41,340 nt of DNA from Acidimicrobiaceae bacterium (GTDB lineage Bacteria; Actinomycetota; Acidimicrobiia; Acidimicrobiales; RAAP-2). The notes under the pieces were generated by a model, which saw nothing but the letters and a program-made list of their open reading frames with translations, had not been told where the DNA came from and searched no databases. Location of the stretch: assembly GCA_003133075.1 (NCBI GenBank), contig PKZN01000084.1, positions 36,827-78,166 of the forward strand. The letters are read 5' to 3'. Each line of letters opens with the position of its first letter. Positions within the stretch are counted from its first letter, which is position 1. The translations under genes and the position numbers were made by a program. Shown here piece after piece: positions 38,148 to 41,340 of the stretch.

Positions 38148-40111
38148 TAGTAGAAGTTTGGTCGTGGCGCTTCGGTGACGACCTGGGGGCGTTCGGGTTC
38201 GTTGGCGAGCAGTCGGGCGAACGAGCCCGCCAGCCCTTCGGGATCGAGACCCAACTCCGCCAGGAGTTCGTCGGGCTTGTGCTGCTCGAGGTAGGCGCGC
38301 GGCACGCCCAGGATGCGGGTGGTGGGGAAGGGCTGGCCGAGTTCTTGGGCGCGAGAGCGCACCGCGGACACCATCAACGTGCCCGCCCCGCCGTGGCGCG
38401 TACCGTCTTCGACGGTGATGATGCGTGAGTGGGCGAGCGCGTCGTCGATCATCTGGGGGTCCGGTGGGAGAACCCGCACGTCGTAGAGGGTGACGCGTTG
38501 CGCGTCCTCTCCGAGTAGCTCGAGCGCGCGATAGGACGATGAGGCCATCTTGCCGAACGCCAACACGCAGAGTGAGCCGTCTCCTCGAAGGACCTCGCGA
38601 GCGCGAAGGCCCTCACCGACTTTTCCGTCGAAGGGTCGTGGATCGGTCTTGGGGTAGCGGATGGCCGTGGGCGTGGTCATCGACAGCGCCGTCTCGAGCA
38701 TGACGGGCACTTCTTCGGCGATCGCGGGCGCGAAAATCGTCATGTTAGGGATCGCCAAGCACAGCGCGATGTCGAGCAGTCCATGGTGGCTGGGGCCGTC
38801 GTCGCCCGTGATGCCGGCGCTCTTAAAGACGAAGACCACCGGCAAGTTCAACAGTCCGACGTCGAGGTTCGCCTGGTCGAAGGCGCGTGAGAAGAAGGTC
38901 GAATAGACCGCGACGATCGGCTTGAGGCCCCCCATGGCCATGCCCGCCGCAGCCGTGACCGCGTGTTGCTCGGCGATACCCACGTCGAAGAAGCGAGTCG
39001 GGAACTTGGTCTGGAAGTCGAGGAGTCCCGTTGGTCCGGCCATCGCCGCGGTGATGGCGACGATTCGCTCGTCGCGGTCGGCCGCTTTGATCAGGGCGTC
39101 GGAGAACGCTTCGGTGAACGTGGTGACGCTGGGGTTGGCCTCGTTGGCGGCCGGCAACTTGTAGTCGTGCATCTTGAGGTCGTCGCTCATCGCCGGCTCG
39201 TAGCCGCGACCCTTCTGGGTCAAGGTGTGCACGACGATGGGTCCGTCCCACTCGGCGGCGTTCTTGATGGCGCTCTCGAGCGCCTCAATGTTGTGACCGT
39301 CGATGGGTCCGACGTAGCGCACCCCGAGGTTCTCGAAGAACGCGTGCGGTGTGACGATCTCGCGCGCCACCGAAGTGACGCCGTGGATCCCGAGGTAGGC
39401 GGCCTGGCCGACGCGCGGGAGACGCGGGACCCAGCGTCGCACGCGCTCGCGCATCGTGACGTAGGTCTTGTTGAGTCGAAGTGAGGTGAGCGACTCGGAG
39501 AGTTTGGAGATGGTGGGCGCGTAGCTACGGCCGTTGTCGTTAAGGACGATCACCACTCGCTGGTTGGAGTGGCCGAGGTTGTTGAGCGCCTCGAAGGCCA
39601 TGCCGCCGGTCAGCGACCCGTCGCCGACGACCGCGACCACGTGACGCTTGCCGCCGTGTCCGATGAGTTCGTTTCGCTGTTCGAGCGCCACCGACAAGCC
39701 GTGGGCGTAAGAGAGGGCGGTCGAGGCGTGGCTGGACTCGATCCAGTCGTGTTGGCTCTCGGAGCGGCTGGGGTATCCCGACAGGCCGCCTCGTTGCCGC
39801 AGGTTCTTAAAGCCGTACCGGCGACCCGTCAAGAGCTTGTGCACGTAGGCCTGGTGACCGGTGTCCCAGAGCAGGATGTCCTTCGGGGATTCGAACACCC
39901 GGTGCAACGCGATGGTGAGTTCGACCACGCCCAAGTTCGACCCGAGGTGTCCGCCGGTCTTCTTGACGTTGGCGATGATGAACTGGCGAATCTCTTGGCT
40001 GAGTTGGTCGAGTTGCTTATACGAAAGCGCCTGCAGATCGGCGGGGGTCTCGATCGACGGCAGGATCACGGAGTCCAGCCTAGTGTTGGCCTCGCTGCGT
40101 GATCGGGCCAC
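38147..40111 (-). CDS. dxs: 1-deoxy-D-xylulose-5-phosphate synthase with a divergent acceptor site
   Basis: GGHLGSNLG, DTGHQAY, GDGSLTGG...NDN, IAEQH, YSTF. Confidence 0.93.
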   Translation of the reverse strand: MARSRSEANTRLDSVILPSIETPADLQALSYKQLDQLSQEIRQFIIANVKKTGGHLGSNLGVVELTIALHRVFESPKDILLWDTGHQAYVHKLLTGRRYGFKNLRQRGGLSGYPSRSESQHDWIESSHASTALSYAHGLSVALEQRNELIGHGGKRHVVAVVGDGSLTGGMAFEALNNLGHSNQRVVIVLNDNGRSYAPTISKLSESLTSLRLNKTYVTMRERVRRWVPRLPRVGQAAYLGIHGVTSVAREIVTPHAFFENLGVRYVGPIDGHNIEALESAIKNAAEWDGPIVVHTLTQKGRGYEPAMSDDLKMHDYKLPAANEANPSVTTFTEAFSDALIKAADRDERIVAITAAMAGPTGLLDFQTKFPTRFFDVGIAEQHAVTAAAGMAMGGLKPIVAVYSTFFSRAFDQANLDVGLLNLPVVFVFKSAGITGDDGPSHHGLLDIALCLAIPNMTIFAPAIAEEVPVMLETALSMTTPTAIRYPKTDPRPFDGKVGEGLRAREVLRGDGSLCVLAFGKMASSSYRALELLGEDAQRVTLYDVRVLPPDPQMIDDALAHSRIITVEDGTRHGGAGTLMVSAVRSRAQELGQPFPTTRILGVPRAYLEQHKPDELLAELGLDPEGLAGSFARLLANEPERPQVVTEAPRPNFY

Positions 40112-40145
40112 GAACTGGACTCGTTAGGTCGGTTGACGAGGACCG

Positions 40146-40505
40146 TTAGTCGGTACTGGTGGATGCGCTGGACGCCGTCGACGCGGTGTTCGGAGTTGTC
40201 GTCGAGGGCGCCGCGGGGGTCTTGGGAGTGCTGGATCCGGCGCCGTCACTAGAAGCAGCGCCGTCACTCGATGAGGTGCTGTCACTCGATGACGCGGTCG
40301 ACTCACTCTTGGCGCTGCTGGCGCTCGATCCCCTCGAGTCGTTCTTATAGAACCCACTGCCCTTAAAGACGATGCCCACCGCCGAAAAGACCTTGCGGAG
40401 TTCGCCGCCGCAGAGCGGGCAGGTCGTGAGGGAGGGGTCGGTGAATTTCTGTACCGCCTCTACGCGCTCGTGGCACGACGTGCACTGGTATTCGTAGGTA
40501 GGCAT
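40146..40505 (-). CDS. FmdB-family zinc ribbon protein with Ser/Thr-rich tail
   Basis: MPTYEYQCTSC...CPLCGG...GIVFKGSGFYKND. Confidence 0.92.
   Translation of the reverse strand: MPTYEYQCTSCHERVEAVQKFTDPSLTTCPLCGGELRKVFSAVGIVFKGSGFYKNDSRGSSASSAKSESTASSSDSTSSSDGAASSDGAGSSTPKTPAAPSTTTPNTASTASSASTSTD
40242..40295. repeat. Three imperfect 18-bp tandem repeats in the FmdB tail
   Basis: gccgtcactagaagcagc / gccgtcactcgatgaggt / gctgtcactcgatgacgc. Confidence 0.7.
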
Positions 40506-40585
40506 TAACAACTCCGGACGGCAAACGTAACGCGTGCATTCTACCGGGCAGGGGCTTCCACTCATTCGTGGCGTAGCATGACTCG

Positions 40586-41080
40586 GTGGACGATTTCCAC
40601 CAACTACGACGCGGAGGCCCCGCCGGCGCGGCCTTTCCTCGTGAGGTGGGTCCGAGCGAAGTCAGTGCGCGACGGGCGCTGGCACGCTGTCGCGTGACGA
40701 TGCTGGCCTCTACAACCGCTGCGGTGGCCGCGAACACCTTTAACAAGGGCGACGTCTTGGCGACGGCGCGCGTGGCGGGCATCCAGGCGGCCAAACGCGC
40801 CTCGGAGCTCCTGCCGATGGCGCATCCCGTGCTGGTCGGTAACGTCTACCTGAACTTCACCATCGCCGACGCCCACATCGACGTCGAGGCCGAGGTGGAC
40901 ACTATCGACCGAACGGGCGTCGAGATGGAAGCACTGACCGCAGTGACCGTCGCGGCGCTCACGATCTACGACATGTGCAAATCGAGTGACCGTACAATGA
41001 CCATCGAGCGCGTGGCGCTGTGGGAGAAGTCCGGGGGGCGTTCGGGCACCTGGCGTCGCGAAGAGTCGTCCCAAGAGTAA
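40586..41080 (+). CDS. moaC: Cyclic pyranopterin monophosphate synthase MoaC
   Basis: KGDVLATARVAGIQAAK, TGVEMEAL, IYDMCK, EKSGG. Confidence 0.92.
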   Translation: MDDFHQLRRGGPAGAAFPREVGPSEVSARRALARCRVTMLASTTAAVAANTFNKGDVLATARVAGIQAAKRASELLPMAHPVLVGNVYLNFTIADAHIDVEAEVDTIDRTGVEMEALTAVTVAALTIYDMCKSSDRTMTIERVALWEKSGGRSGTWRREESSQE

Positions 41081-41152
41081 GTGGGGCGATCGACACTTCG
41101 TGTCCGCCCGCCCGGCCCGCTACCCTCGATGTCAAGTGAGAACGGGAGATAC

Positions 41153-41340
41153 ATGAGCGCCATCCGTGGTGGGGTCGAGCAGAGTCGCGAGCGGCTCGTC
41201 GCGCTCGTCTTATTGCTCCAGCGCGCCTGGCAGTACGGGGCGCTCACCCAAGAAGAGATCCTGCGCGACCTCAAGATCGATGCGTACCCCGTCTCGGCCA
41301 AGGGTCCGCGGAAGATTCGCGCGTACGAGGGATCCGACAG
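41153..41340 (+). CDS. PafB-like WYL-family regulator, N-terminal HTH (partial, runs off the right edge)
   Basis: Manual translation MSAIRGGVEQSRERLVALVLLLQRAWQYGALTQEEILRDL...AYEGSD resembles the PafB N-terminus. In-frame alternative ATG at 41129. The WYL domain itself is not visible. Confidence 0.6.
   Translation, partial: MSAIRGGVEQSRERLVALVLLLQRAWQYGALTQEEILRDLKIDAYPVSAKGPRKIRAYEGSD

Noticed and set aside
40242-40295. Tandem repeats as a CRISPR or regulatory array
   Set aside because: They are in-frame 18-bp units encoding a low-complexity Ser-rich tail, with no spacers.
41101-41126. PafBC motif upstream of the PafB-like gene
   Set aside because: TGTCCG is 14 nt from TACCCT rather than 10, and has a mismatch.

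Overview
High-GC (roughly 65% by eye) actinobacterial chromosome segment, most likely Acidimicrobiia (inferred from gene content and order). It is mostly housekeeping: sufC-sufS, thiE, rrf2-rnhA, a lipoate/2-oxoacid cluster (lpdA, a divergent E2, a fused LipB-LipA), B12-linked genes (metH, PduO-type adenosyltransferase, methylmalonyl-CoA mutase catalytic subunit), pepA, rhodanese-MoeB, accA/birA, rmlD and a GT2, secA-prfB-ftsE-ftsX, msrB, dxs, FmdB, moaC and the start of a PafB-like WYL regulator. A loosely packed accessory patch lies at about 9.85-16.5 kb. The main non-coding element is a ~232-nt structured RNA at 31978-32209 that matches the raiA-motif RNA. It has its own -10 box and sits directly upstream of secA, with no raiA/hpf or comF gene in the window. 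Other points of interest: enzymes with altered catalytic motifs (E2, alpha/beta hydrolase, DXS), about 13 genes with a leaderless promoter layout, a PafBC-type promoter pointing antisense into lipA, and a 55-aa membrane protein missed by the ORF track. No tRNA, rRNA, CRISPR array, integrase or transposase was seen.
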